From: Clostridia bacterium
Lineage (GTDB): Bacteria > Bacillota > Clostridia > UMGS1883 > UMGS1540
Length of the DNA: 64,000 nucleotides
Direction: 5' to 3'
NCBI GenBank assembly: GCA_017450025.1
Contig: JAFSYJ010000040.1
Location: 15,224-79,223 of the forward strand
The translations under genes and the position numbers were made by a program. Each line of letters starts with the position of its first letter. The stretch's first letter is position 1. This document shows, piece after piece, positions 46,995-57,666 of the stretch. The notes beneath the pieces are model-generated. The model ran no database searches. It saw only the letters and a list, made by a program, of their open reading frames with translations, and had not been told where the DNA came from.

Positions 46995-48911
46995 TTAATC
47001 CTTACTGTAATCGCTTCCGCTGATTACATCATACTGAATATACTTGTAATCATTTGTGATATCGTCGTCTTTGCGTTCTATATATTCCCCTGCAGCGTCT
47101 GTCGAAAGCGAGTGCTGATATACAGAGTGAATGTCAAAGCAATGATTGTAGAATGCCAAATTCCACGGCACTTTTTTAACTCCGGCGTAGCGTAGTGCGC
47201 TCACTCCGAGATACGCCGAGCTTACGCGTGCAGGCGTCTCGACGCCTGAGATATCAAAATTTGCCCAAATAAGATACGGCGTTTCGTATATCTGTGGGTT
47301 TTCCGCCAGATTATCGCTCTTTAAAAATCCAGTATCGTAAAATGTACTGCTGTTTTCGCCGAGAAAAGGCAAATGGTCGCCGTAAATCACAATGATCGTC
47401 GGTTCGGAAACAACAGAAAAATACTGTGTTAGCTCATAAAATGACTTGTCAATATCATAGATGCCCTGAACAGCATCTCTCAAGCCGACTTTATCGTCTT
47501 CGGATACGGCTTCGGAATTGACATCTATATCGTATACATCATAACGCTTGTTCAGATAGTTACCGTGATTTTGCATAGTAATAGCATATACAAAAAGCGG
47601 GTTGTCCTTGTTTGCTTCGTATTGTTTGATAATTTGGCGCGTCATTTCCATATCGGAAATATATGTACCCTTGCGTTCGGGATTTTCCATATCGCGGCTG
47701 CCGTAAAATTCGTCAAATCCCATAAACGAATATGCCTGCGCACGGTTGTAAAAGTACTTGTCGTATGTATGCAGCGCAACCGTTTTGTATCCGTTGTCCT
47801 TAAACACGCGCGGCAAAGCGGTAATATCCCTGTGGATATATTGCGTATACGGATATGTTCCGGCCTTTAAAAAGCTTGCGGAACTGCCCGTCAAAAATTC
47901 AAACTCGGGTACGCAGGTATTGCAGCCGAACACGGGAGACACCATATACCCCGAAGGATAAGTGCGCGACAGCCTGTGTATTTTTGCCATAGGGTCTCCC
48001 GAAAGCGTTATGTTTTCCATACGCGTAGGGTCCCAAAAGCTCTCGCTCTGTATAGCGATAACATTTGCGTTTTGTGCTAATGCCCCCGTTTTAAATTCGC
48101 GTTGAACATCTGGATATTTTTTCTTGATTTCAGCAATTTTGTCTTTAGAATAGCCTTGCGGCTTTTCAACAACAAGGTCGCGCAAATGTGGCACAAAGGT
48201 AAGAATAAGGCCGTTTGTTTTGTAGTCGGAAATCGTGTAATAACCCGAAAGCTTTACACCTGCCGGCTCAAGAATATTTTTGCGGACAAACTCGCTGTAA
48301 CCTATCGAACATAACATCACCGCAAAGCAAACAATGGAGAGAGCAAAAGTGATTATCCTGTAATTCCATGTTTTTTTTGCTTTTGATGAACATTTTATTT
48401 CAAAAAAAGTATATAAAACAAGATGTAATATTAGAACGCCGAATGAAATAAATATAATAGCCTTCCACGGTATTTTAATAAAACTTACGAGGTCTGATAC
48501 TTCAGTAGTCAAAATCATATCGGCAGGCAGTATCGGGTCACCTGTTATCCTTATTGCGATAAGGGTTGCCATACCGAAAACAAATAAAGCAATGTTTACA
48601 AAATAGATGCCTATGAGCCTTTTTACAAAAATCTTTGAAAAAAACCAATTAACCGACAGAATAAAAATATAAGTGATAGCGTATTTTGCAAGCGCGCTCA
48701 AAACGCCAAGCTCAAAATAAGAAACAAAATAGTCGGCGCGCAGGACTTCAAGCATAATTATTGTCATAAGCGGAGAAAGAAGAAAAAGCAAAAGCTCTTT
48801 CCCCTGCTTTTTTTTGGTAATCGTTTCAAGTTTTTCTTCATGCAATTTGTTTATTACAACGGTGTTTTCCATTCTATCATGCTCCTTTGAAAGATAGAAA
48901 AATTTTATCAT
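46995..48911 (-). CDS. LTA synthase-family (sulfatase-fold) protein
   Basis: N-terminal TMs; QSESFWD, T..PEFEFLTG, FYNR, QNHG, YGDHLP motifs. Confidence 0.85.
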   Translation of the reverse strand: MIKFFYLSKEHDRMENTVVINKLHEEKLETITKKKQGKELLLFLLSPLMTIIMLEVLRADYFVSYFELGVLSALAKYAITYIFILSVNWFFSKIFVKRLIGIYFVNIALFVFGMATLIAIRITGDPILPADMILTTEVSDLVSFIKIPWKAIIFISFGVLILHLVLYTFFEIKCSSKAKKTWNYRIITFALSIVCFAVMLCSIGYSEFVRKNILEPAGVKLSGYYTISDYKTNGLILTFVPHLRDLVVEKPQGYSKDKIAEIKKKYPDVQREFKTGALAQNANVIAIQSESFWDPTRMENITLSGDPMAKIHRLSRTYPSGYMVSPVFGCNTCVPEFEFLTGSSASFLKAGTYPYTQYIHRDITALPRVFKDNGYKTVALHTYDKYFYNRAQAYSFMGFDEFYGSRDMENPERKGTYISDMEMTRQIIKQYEANKDNPLFVYAITMQNHGNYLNKRYDVYDIDVNSEAVSEDDKVGLRDAVQGIYDIDKSFYELTQYFSVVSEPTIIVIYGDHLPFLGENSSTFYDTGFLKSDNLAENPQIYETPYLIWANFDISGVETPARVSSAYLGVSALRYAGVKKVPWNLAFYNHCFDIHSVYQHSLSTDAAGEYIERKDDDITNDYKYIQYDVISGSDYSKD

Positions 48912-49002
48912 ATTTTAAAAAGAAAGTCAAATATTTTGGCATATATAAAGCCACCAATAACACAAAATACTTTTTGCTGTATGGTAGCTTTATCAATCTT
49001 TA

Positions 49003-50133
49003 CTAAACTCTTCCTTCAAATCTTTCGCCCATTTCGTCACAAAAGGCGTCAAAGCGTTTTTCTACTATTGCCTTTCTGATCTCCGCCATGAGATTGTTGT
49101 AAAAATACAAATTATGCAAAACCGCAAGCCTCATTGCAAGCATTTCGCCGGCCTTGAAAAGATGCCTTATGTACGCTCTTGAATAATTTTGGCAGGCAGG
49201 ACAGCCGCAACCATGTTCAATAGGAGCGGGGTCTTTGGCAAACTTGGCGTTATTGAGATTTAAAACGCCGTTATGCGTAAAGAGATTTGCGTGGCGCGCA
49301 TTACGGCTTGCTATTACGCAGTCAAAAAAGTCAACGCCGCGCCGTACTGCCTCAAGAATGTTACGGGGCGTTCCCACACCCATTAAATACCTTGGTCGGT
49401 CGTCGGGCATATAAGGCTCGACAGCGTCGATTATACGGTACATTTCCTCGTGACTTTCGCCTACCGCAAGTCCGCCTATGGCATATCCGGGCAAATCGAG
49501 CTTTGCAATTTCGCGCATATGATTTATGCGTAGATCCTCGTGAGTTCCTCCCTGATTTATGCCGAATAATATTTGATTTTTGTTTATTGTACTCTCACGG
49601 CTGTTAAGCGTGTCAAGCGCTTCTTTACAGCGGTACAGCCACCGCGTTGTGCGCTCGACGGATTTTTTGGTATAATCATACGGCGCGGGATTTTCAATAC
49701 ACTCGTCAAACGCCATTGCGATAGTAGAGCCGAGATTTGACTGTATCTTCATACTCTCCTCCGGCCCCATAAATATCCGCCTGCCGTCAACATGTGAATT
49801 AAAATATACGCCTTCTTCTTTTATCTTGCGGAGCTGCGCCAGCGAAAATACCTGAAACCCTCCGCTGTCAGTAAGGATAGGTCCGTTCCAATTTATAAAT
49901 TTGTGTAAGCCGCCCATTTCATAAACAAGGTCGTCTCCTGGACGGATATGCAAATGATATGTGTTCGACAGTTCCATTTGACAGCCCACATTTTTCAAAT
50001 CGAGCGCAGACACAGCGCCTTTTATTGCTCCTTGAGTGCCGACATTCATAAACACAGGCGTCTGAACAGTTCCATGGACTGTTTCAAACACTCCCCTGCG
50101 TGCTTTGTTGTCCTTGCAAATTACTTTGAACAT
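49003..50133 (-). CDS. tgt: tRNA-guanine transglycosylase
   Basis: NTYHL, TDSGGFQVFSL, DEC, GGLAVGE, CGCPAC motifs. Confidence 0.96.
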   Translation of the reverse strand: MFKVICKDNKARRGVFETVHGTVQTPVFMNVGTQGAIKGAVSALDLKNVGCQMELSNTYHLHIRPGDDLVYEMGGLHKFINWNGPILTDSGGFQVFSLAQLRKIKEEGVYFNSHVDGRRIFMGPEESMKIQSNLGSTIAMAFDECIENPAPYDYTKKSVERTTRWLYRCKEALDTLNSRESTINKNQILFGINQGGTHEDLRINHMREIAKLDLPGYAIGGLAVGESHEEMYRIIDAVEPYMPDDRPRYLMGVGTPRNILEAVRRGVDFFDCVIASRNARHANLFTHNGVLNLNNAKFAKDPAPIEHGCGCPACQNYSRAYIRHLFKAGEMLAMRLAVLHNLYFYNNLMAEIRKAIVEKRFDAFCDEMGERFEGRV

Positions 50134-50172
50134 ATAAAATCTCCCGAAAGATATAGGAATAAACCAAATAGC

Positions 50173-50943
50173 TTACTTAAAAATATCGTTATATATCATT
50201 TTGAGTCCTTCAAGCGTCAAGTCCATATTAACATCGCAAAAAATACCGGTCGCCTGCGAAATCATATTTGCGAGTCCGCCCGTTGCAATTATTTTTGCGT
50301 CAGGCTCGCCCATTTCTTCGCGCATTTTGGAGGCAAGGTAATTTACCTGACCGACATATCCGTGGAACACACCCGACTGCATAGATTCTACGGTGTTTTT
50401 GCCTATTACATTGTCTGTTGCCAAGATTTCAACCTGCGGCAGTTTTGATGTTTTGGTGAATAAAGCGTCAACACTTATCTTAATACCGGGACATATAGCG
50501 CCGCCCAAATATTCACCGTCACGGTTTATTGCACAAAAGGTAGTCGCCGTGCCGAAATCCACGATAACGATGGGCGTTCCGTAGATTTTTTTAGCGGCAT
50601 ACGCGTTTACAATTCTGTCAGCGCCGAGTTCCTTGGGGTTGTCTATCAATATGTTCATACCGAGAGGCGAAGTGCTTTTTATAACAACAGGCTCTATACC
50701 AATGTATTTGTAAACTGCTCTTTCAAGCGAATACATGACCTGCGGCACAACCGATGCGATAACCACCGCCGATATGTCCGACGGCTTGATGTCTCTGCTC
50801 TGTAAAAAGCTCAAAAACATAATCCCGTACTCGTCGCGTGCTCTTTCACGAACAGTCGAAAGGCGAAAATGCGCGATGATTTTTTCATCTTTATATACAC
50901 CTATTGTGATATTTGTATTACCGACATCTATCGTTAATAACAT
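50173..50943 (-). CDS. coaX: Type III pantothenate kinase
   Basis: DVGNTN, LGADR, DFGTATT, ATGG motifs. Confidence 0.95.
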   Translation of the reverse strand: MLLTIDVGNTNITIGVYKDEKIIAHFRLSTVRERARDEYGIMFLSFLQSRDIKPSDISAVVIASVVPQVMYSLERAVYKYIGIEPVVIKSTSPLGMNILIDNPKELGADRIVNAYAAKKIYGTPIVIVDFGTATTFCAINRDGEYLGGAICPGIKISVDALFTKTSKLPQVEILATDNVIGKNTVESMQSGVFHGYVGQVNYLASKMREEMGEPDAKIIATGGLANMISQATGIFCDVNMDLTLEGLKMIYNDIFK

Positions 50944-50946
50944 AGC

Positions 50947-52347
50947 TTAATCCTCAAAATATTTATCAAACCATAAGCAAAGCTCATCTATTTTAATGCG
51001 CTCCTGCTCCATTGTGTCGCGGTGACGGATAGTAACGCTGTTGTCCTCAAGGCTGTCAAAGTCATAAGTTATGCAAAGCGGCGTTCCGATTTCGTCCTGA
51101 CGGCGGTAACGCTTACCTATGCTGCCTGCCTCGTCATACTCACATAAGTATTTTTTAGACAGCATATTAAATACTTCTCCTGCCTGCTCGCCGAGCTTTT
51201 TGGAAAGCGGCAAAACAGCAGCCTTTATGGGCGCAATAGACTTGTGCAGATGAAGCACTACTCTCGTATCGCCCTCGCCGACTTCTTCCTCATCATAAGC
51301 GTCAACCAGGAACGCCAGCGCAACTCTGTCAGCTCCGAGCGACGGCTCTATGCAGTACGGGATATACTTTTCATTCGTAACGGGATCCATATATTCCATA
51401 CTTTCGCCTGAAAATTCAGAGTGCTGCTTGAGGTCAAAATCTGTTCTGTCAGCTATGCCCCAAAGCTCTCCCCAACCGAATGGGAACAAGAATTCTATAT
51501 CAGTTGTCGCATTTGAATAGTGCGACAGTTCCTCTTTGCTATGGTCACGCAGCTTGAGGTTTTCTTCTTTTATACCGTGCTCCAAAAGAAAGTTCTTGCA
51601 ATAATCCTTCCAATAAGCAAACCACTTTAAATCCTCGCCCGGTTTGCAGAAAAATTCAAGCTCCATCTGCTCAAATTCTCTTATTCTGAATATAAAGTTA
51701 CCGGGTGTGATCTCGTTTCTGAATGATTTACCGACTTGACCTATACCAAACGGTATTTTTTTACGGGTAGTTCTCTGCACATTTTTAAAGTTAACAAATA
51801 TACCCTGTGCAGTTTCAGGTCTTAAATAAATTTGAGACGCACTGTCCTCGGTTACGCCCTGGAATGTTTTAAACATAAGATTGAATTTGCGTATATCTGT
51901 AAAATTGTGCTTTCCGCAGGAAGGACACTTTATATCGTTTTCCTCAATAAAAGCGACCATTTTTTCATCGCTCCAGCCGTCTACTGTCTGACTTTCGCCC
52001 TTTTCTGCAAGATAATCTTCAATAAGCTTGTCGGCGCGGTAACGCGCTTTGCACTCCTTGCAGTCAAGAAGCGGGTCGCTGAATCCGCCGATATGTCCCG
52101 ATGCTTCCCATGTACGCGGATTCATCAAAATTGCGGCGTCAAGTCCTACATTGTACGGTGACTCCTGCACAAATTTTTTCCACCAGCGTCTTTTTATGTT
52201 ATTTTTAAACTCAACGCCGAGCGGACCGTAATCCCAAGCATTTGCCAGACCTCCGTATATCTGAGAGCCCGGGTAAACATATCCTCTGCCCTTGCACAAT
52301 GCCACAATTTTGTCCATTGTTTTTTCGCTGTTTTTCATATCAATCAT
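50947..52347 (-). CDS. glyQS: Glycine--tRNA ligase (alpha2 type)
   Basis: [39 protein letters not shown] motifs. Confidence 0.95.
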   Translation of the reverse strand: MIDMKNSEKTMDKIVALCKGRGYVYPGSQIYGGLANAWDYGPLGVEFKNNIKRRWWKKFVQESPYNVGLDAAILMNPRTWEASGHIGGFSDPLLDCKECKARYRADKLIEDYLAEKGESQTVDGWSDEKMVAFIEENDIKCPSCGKHNFTDIRKFNLMFKTFQGVTEDSASQIYLRPETAQGIFVNFKNVQRTTRKKIPFGIGQVGKSFRNEITPGNFIFRIREFEQMELEFFCKPGEDLKWFAYWKDYCKNFLLEHGIKEENLKLRDHSKEELSHYSNATTDIEFLFPFGWGELWGIADRTDFDLKQHSEFSGESMEYMDPVTNEKYIPYCIEPSLGADRVALAFLVDAYDEEEVGEGDTRVVLHLHKSIAPIKAAVLPLSKKLGEQAGEVFNMLSKKYLCEYDEAGSIGKRYRRQDEIGTPLCITYDFDSLEDNSVTIRHRDTMEQERIKIDELCLWFDKYFED

Positions 52348-52352
52348 TCCTT

Positions 52353-53588
52353 TCAGAAATCTGTATTCGTAACTATGCCGACAGCCATTTTGCCCGAAAA
52401 GATCTTATCGACCAGACTGTCAATTTTGTCCGTATCAACCGCATCAATGCCTGCTAAAATTTCCTCAGGCGTTTTGATTTTTTTGTTTAGTACCGCCCTT
52501 TTGCCAAGTGCGTTCATACGCTGTTCTATGCTTTCAAGGCTCATAATATAGCTTCCGCGGAGCTGTCCCTTTCCCCATAAAAGCTCTTTTTGACTTATCC
52601 CGTCGCGCTTTAAAGCCATGATTTCATTTAAAATAATATCCTGTACGGGCTTTAAGTTTTCATTGGACAAAGCGGCGTAAATATAAAATAGTCCCGCGTT
52701 TGAGCATCTCTCTGGCGAGGAATATATTGAATAAGCCAAGCCCTTTTCCTCACGCACCTTACGGAACAAGCGCGAACTCATTGTAGCGCCAAACACATTT
52801 GAAAGTACGGCTTCCGCATAAATATCGTTTGTATCGCCCTGCGGAGTCTCAAACGCAATCGCCAAATGCGTCTGTTCAATATCTTTTTTTCGCGTTATAT
52901 AATCGCCCGCAAATTCAGGCTTTGAATATTCTGCGTATGACCTTCCGCCTGTCCTGATATTTTTAAAATACTTTTCTATACTTTTTGTAAGCTTTTCTTC
53001 GTCAAAGTTGCCTGCAACGGCAATAACAGTATTTTCCGCAGTATAATACTTTTCTGTAAAAGCCAAAAGCGATTTCCTGTTTATGCTGTTTACATTTTCC
53101 GCCGTGCCCGAAACAGAAAATCCAAGGCTGTCATCTCCCCACGCCGCGACTTCAAGCAAATCAAGCACGACATCTTCGGGAGAATCCTCGTACATGTTTA
53201 TTTCTTCGATAATCACCTTGCGTTCCAAATCAATAGCAGCTTCATTAAATACCGAATTTATATATATATCGGATAAAATATCCAGTGCAGTATCGATGTG
53301 TTCGTCAATCACCTTTGCGTAGTAGCAGGTACATTCACGCGAGGTAAAAGCGTTCAGATATCCGCCGATAAAATCAATCTCTTCCGATATATCCTGCGAC
53401 GAGCGCGTCTTTGTGCCTTTAAAGAGCATATGCTCAGCAAAGTGGCTTATTCCGTTATTTTCACGCGTTTCTACTCTGGAACCGACCCCTGCCCACACTC
53501 CGACGGAAACGGATTTGACATACGGTATCTTTTCATAAATGATTCTTAAACCGTTTGCAAGTGTTTTTGTAATTATCATAAATCTCAA
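52353..53588 (-). CDS. M16 (pitrilysin-like) peptidase
   Basis: [11 protein letters not shown] (HxxEH), [20 protein letters not shown] motifs. Confidence 0.92.
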   Translation of the reverse strand: MRFMIITKTLANGLRIIYEKIPYVKSVSVGVWAGVGSRVETRENNGISHFAEHMLFKGTKTRSSQDISEEIDFIGGYLNAFTSRECTCYYAKVIDEHIDTALDILSDIYINSVFNEAAIDLERKVIIEEINMYEDSPEDVVLDLLEVAAWGDDSLGFSVSGTAENVNSINRKSLLAFTEKYYTAENTVIAVAGNFDEEKLTKSIEKYFKNIRTGGRSYAEYSKPEFAGDYITRKKDIEQTHLAIAFETPQGDTNDIYAEAVLSNVFGATMSSRLFRKVREEKGLAYSIYSSPERCSNAGLFYIYAALSNENLKPVQDIILNEIMALKRDGISQKELLWGKGQLRGSYIMSLESIEQRMNALGKRAVLNKKIKTPEEILAGIDAVDTDKIDSLVDKIFSGKMAVGIVTNTDF

Positions 53589-53589
53589 A

Positions 53590-53614
53590 GTAGGGCTTGA
53601 TTCTCAAGCCCTAC
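53590..53614. terminator. Hairpin after pnp
   Basis: GTAGGGCTTGA-TTC-TCAAGCCCTAC perfect stem. Confidence 0.6.
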
Positions 53615-53625
53615 CTACCTCATTT

Positions 53626-55725
53626 TTAGTTTTCTTCTTTGTTCTCATCGGGTACGATTCGCATAAGATTGATTCTGCCCTGCTTGTCGATTTCAATAAC
53701 CTTAACGGTTATTTTGTCACCGATGTTTACAACATCTTCAACCTTTTCAACGCGCTTTTTGTCAAGCTTGGATATGTGAACAAGACCGTCTTTGCCGGGC
53801 AAAAATTCAACAAACGCGCCGAATGTCATAATTCTTACAACAGTACCCTCAAAAATCTGACCGGGTTCAGGATCGCTTACAATGCCGTGAATAATATTGA
53901 GTGCCTTTTGTCCTGCTTCCATATCTGTTGTAGCGATATAAACCTGACCGCTGTCCTCAATATCGATTTTAACGCCTGTGTCAGCAATGATCTTTTGAAT
54001 AACCTTGCCGCCCGAGCCAATGACATCACGAATCTTGTCAGGGTCAATTTGAGTTGTGATAATTTTAGGCGCATACTTTGAAAGCTCTGCGCGCGGCTCT
54101 GCAATGCACGGAAGCATAACCTCGTCTAAAATCTTAATGCGTGCTTCTCTTGTCTGCTTAAATGCCTGCTTAATTATTTCGGGTGTCAAGCCGTCAATTT
54201 TTATATCAACCTGTATTGCGGTAATACCGTTTTTAGTACCTGCAACCTTAAAGTCCATATCTCCGAAGAAGTCCTCAAGCCCCTGAATATCAGTCATTGT
54301 GATGAATCTTTCACCTTCTGTCACAAGACCGCACGAAATACCCGCAACGGGTGCTTTGATCGGAACGCCTGCGTCCATAAGTGCCAATGTGCTGCCGCAA
54401 ACGCTGCCCTGCGAGGTTGAGCCGTTGGAGGAAAGTACCTCCGAAACAAGCCTTATTGCATACGGGAACTCGGCTTCGCTCGGTATAACGGGCAACAAAG
54501 CTCTTTCGGCCAATGCGCCGTGACCTATTTCGCGTCTGCCCGGACCTCTCGAAGGTCTCGTCTCGCCGACAGAATATGACGGGAAGTTGTAGTGGTGCAT
54601 ATAACGCTTGTATTCATCGTCGCCGCTGTCAATGCCGTCAATAAGCTGCTGGTCGCCGACTGCGCCGAGCGTAACGGAGGTAAGAACCTGCGTCTGACCT
54701 CTTGTAAACAGGCCCGAGCCGTGAACTCTCGGAAGTAAACCGACCTCCGATGCAAGCGGTCTGATATCAAAAAGTCCTCTGCCGTCAACGCGCTTACCCT
54801 CGTCCAATATCCAGCGCCTTACGATGTACTTTTGCAGCTTATACATAGCCGCGTCAAGCATTTCGGGCGTAATTTCTTCATTTTCTTCATAATCGGCATA
54901 TACTGCCTGGTAAACAGGTTTAAGTCTCTCGTCTCTTACTCTCTTGTCGTCCGTATCGAGAGCCGCCTTTACCTGCTCGGAATATTTTGTTTTAATTTCC
55001 TCAAAAAGTGCCTCGTCAACAACAACTCTCTCATATTCGATTTTCGGCTTGCCTATTTCATTTGCCATATCAGAAATAAAGCCGCAAATCTTTTTAATTT
55101 CTTCATGAGCCGCCATAATTGCGTCAAACATCAAATCCTCGGGCACTTCGTCAGCGCCGGCTTCTATCATATTGACCTTGTCCTTTGTGCCTGCAACAGT
55201 CAGATTCAATGTGCTTTTTTCGCGCTGTGCCTCGGTGGGATTTATTATAATATCGCCGTCAACCAAGCCAACTGCTACTGCGCCGATAGGTCCTGCAAAC
55301 GGTATCTGCGAAATCGAAATAGCAGCCGACGCACCTATCATTGCGGCGATTTCGGGTGAATTGTCCTGATCAACCGACATAACGGTCGCTATAACCGTAA
55401 CATCGTTTCTCAAATCAGACGGGAAGAGCGGTCTTATCGGTCTGTCAATAACGCGTGATGTCAGTATAGCCTTTTCGGAGGGCTTACCCTCTCTCCTTGA
55501 AAAGCTGCCGGGGATTTTGCCGACGGAATAAAGCTTTTCTTCATAGTCAACAGAAAGCGGGAAAAAGTCGATACCCTCTCTCGGTTTTTCGCTCATTGTT
55601 GCCGTTGCAAGAACAACTGTATCGCCGTATCTTACAAGCGCGCTTCCACTTGCGAGCTGCGCGAGTTTTCCGGTTTCAATCGAAAGCGGTCTGCCGGCAA
55701 GCTCTGTTTTAAAAATTCTTTCCAT
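53626..55725 (-). CDS. pnp: Polyribonucleotide nucleotidyltransferase
   Basis: [27 protein letters not shown] motifs; KH and S1 domains. Confidence 0.97.
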   Translation of the reverse strand: MERIFKTELAGRPLSIETGKLAQLASGSALVRYGDTVVLATATMSEKPREGIDFFPLSVDYEEKLYSVGKIPGSFSRREGKPSEKAILTSRVIDRPIRPLFPSDLRNDVTVIATVMSVDQDNSPEIAAMIGASAAISISQIPFAGPIGAVAVGLVDGDIIINPTEAQREKSTLNLTVAGTKDKVNMIEAGADEVPEDLMFDAIMAAHEEIKKICGFISDMANEIGKPKIEYERVVVDEALFEEIKTKYSEQVKAALDTDDKRVRDERLKPVYQAVYADYEENEEITPEMLDAAMYKLQKYIVRRWILDEGKRVDGRGLFDIRPLASEVGLLPRVHGSGLFTRGQTQVLTSVTLGAVGDQQLIDGIDSGDDEYKRYMHHYNFPSYSVGETRPSRGPGRREIGHGALAERALLPVIPSEAEFPYAIRLVSEVLSSNGSTSQGSVCGSTLALMDAGVPIKAPVAGISCGLVTEGERFITMTDIQGLEDFFGDMDFKVAGTKNGITAIQVDIKIDGLTPEIIKQAFKQTREARIKILDEVMLPCIAEPRAELSKYAPKIITTQIDPDKIRDVIGSGGKVIQKIIADTGVKIDIEDSGQVYIATTDMEAGQKALNIIHGIVSDPEPGQIFEGTVVRIMTFGAFVEFLPGKDGLVHISKLDKKRVEKVEDVVNIGDKITVKVIEIDKQGRINLMRIVPDENKEEN

Positions 55726-55903
55726 TTTTATAGCCTTTCTGCCCTTGATTTTTCGTTGACGCCGTGGGCAAACGGCGGAACGGAGGGCTTACGGCTCTTA
55801 GCACTTACATTTGCCTTCCCTCAAAAAGCAAGTGTAAACGCTAAAACCACATAAGCCCGTAAAATCTGAATCAGGCGAGGCAAACGCCCCGCCTCATTCG
55901 AAA

Positions 55904-56167
55904 TTATTTTCTTAAGTTCAATTTTGCGATAAGAGTACGGTATCTCTCAATATCTTCCTTCATAAGATAATTGAGCAGTCCGCGTCTTTTACCAACCATT
56001 TTCAAAAGACCGCGTCTTGAGTGATGGTCTTTTTTATGGAGCTTAAGATGCTCGTTCAGGTGATTGATTCTGTGAGTCAGAAGAGCAATCTGAACTTCGG
56101 GAGAACCCGTATCGGATTCGTGTACCTTATAGGTATTTATGATTTCCTGCTTAACATCCTTTTCCAT
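55904..56167 (-). CDS. rpsO: 30S ribosomal protein S15
   Basis: [13 protein letters not shown] and [14 protein letters not shown] motifs; AGGAGG RBS. Confidence 0.97.
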   Translation of the reverse strand: MEKDVKQEIINTYKVHESDTGSPEVQIALLTHRINHLNEHLKLHKKDHHSRRGLLKMVGKRRGLLNYLMKEDIERYRTLIAKLNLRK

Positions 56168-56361
56168 ATATGTCACCTCCTAAATCATTTATACACCACG
56201 CACAAAGTAAAGGGTTGGAGATTCCCAAAACCTTGTGACAGGATTTTACAAGTATGTAGTTTATCATAATTATAAAGCGTTGTCAATAGTTTTTCGCATT
56301 GTTCATATTTTTATTTGAAATAATGCTTGCAAATTGTCAAAATATATGATAAACTTGTTTA

Positions 56362-56594
56362 AAAGCTATGAAGTGGAGAGTAAGCATAACCAAAATTACA
56401 GAGAGAAAGTGCCATAGGTTGAAAGTGCTTTTAATGGACGGTATGTCGAAGTTCACCACGGAGCTGCGTTTTTGAAGTAGCAGTAGGAAGCGCCGTTGTG
56501 CCGCGTTAAGGCTCAAATGAGTGCCTGCTATGCAGGAATTAGGGTGGTACCGCGAATAATATTCGTCCCTATCTACTATGATAGGGATTTTTTT
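56362..56594 (+). ncRNA. T-box leader (Phe)
   Basis: AGTA and AGAGA stem-I motifs; specifier TTC at 56452-56454; T-box AATTAGGGTGGTACCGCG at 56537-56554; terminator TCCCTATC...GATAGGGATTTTTTT. Confidence 0.92.
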
Positions 56595-56628
56595 ATTTAA
56601 AATAAACCTAATGAAAGGATAGATATTT

Positions 56629-57648
56629 ATGAAAGAAAAGCTTGCTCAAATCAGAGAACAAGCCATATCGGCCTTGAAAGGCGCTTCTGATTTACGCACT
56701 CTCGAGGACGCCAAGGTAAAATTTTTAGGCAAAAAAGGAGAACTCACCGCCGTGCTGCGCGGTATGGGCGCACTCACTCCAGAAGAAAGGCCTGTTATCG
56801 GTCAGCTTGCAAATGAAGTCAGAAACGCGGTTGAGGAGCTTTATGCCAACACAAAAACGGCTCTTTCCGAAAACGCCAAGGCCGCAAAGCTTCAAAGCGA
56901 AAAAATTGATGTAACAATGCCGGGCGCACGCCGCAATATAGCAAAGCGTCATCCGCTTTCGCAGGTTTTGCGCGAGGTGTCGGACATCTTCCTCGGTATG
57001 GGTTTTGAAATTGCAGAAGGTCCCGATATTGAACTTGACTACTATAATTTTGAAGCTCTCAATATCCCAAAGAACCACCCTGCAAGAGACACGCAGGACA
57101 CATTTTATATCACGGATAACATTCTTTTGCGTACACAGACATCTCCTGTTCAGGTACGCGTTATGGAAAAGAAAAAGCCGCCCATTAAGATTATCGCACC
57201 GGGTATGGTTTTCCGCTCCGACGCCGTTGACGCAACGCATTCTCCCGTCTTTCATCAGATAGAAGGTCTTGTCGTTGACAAGGGCGTTACAATGGGCGAT
57301 TTAAAGGGCACGCTTGAAACATTTGTCAAAAAGCTGTACGGCGAAGACGTCCGCGTCAGATTCCGTCCTCATCATTTTCCGTTCACCGAGCCGAGTGCCG
57401 AGGTTGACATTTCCTGCTTCGTGTGCGGCGGTAAAGGCTGCAGCGTTTGCAAAGGCGAAGGCTGGATCGAGATACTCGGCGCAGGTATGGTACATCCGAA
57501 GGTTCTTTCGGGCTGTGGCATTGACCCTGATGAATACAGCGGCTTTGCTTTCGGCGTAGGCTTGGAGCGTATAGTTATGCGTAAGTTTGGCATTGACGAT
57601 CTACGCCTGTTCTATGAAAACGATATCAGATTCTTAAAACAGTTCTAA
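56629..57648 (+). CDS. pheS: Phenylalanine--tRNA ligase alpha subunit
   Basis: [28 protein letters not shown] motifs. Confidence 0.97.
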   Translation: MKEKLAQIREQAISALKGASDLRTLEDAKVKFLGKKGELTAVLRGMGALTPEERPVIGQLANEVRNAVEELYANTKTALSENAKAAKLQSEKIDVTMPGARRNIAKRHPLSQVLREVSDIFLGMGFEIAEGPDIELDYYNFEALNIPKNHPARDTQDTFYITDNILLRTQTSPVQVRVMEKKKPPIKIIAPGMVFRSDAVDATHSPVFHQIEGLVVDKGVTMGDLKGTLETFVKKLYGEDVRVRFRPHHFPFTEPSAEVDISCFVCGGKGCSVCKGEGWIEILGAGMVHPKVLSGCGIDPDEYSGFAFGVGLERIVMRKFGIDDLRLFYENDIRFLKQF

Positions 57649-57666
57649 TGAAAGGAATGAATAAAG

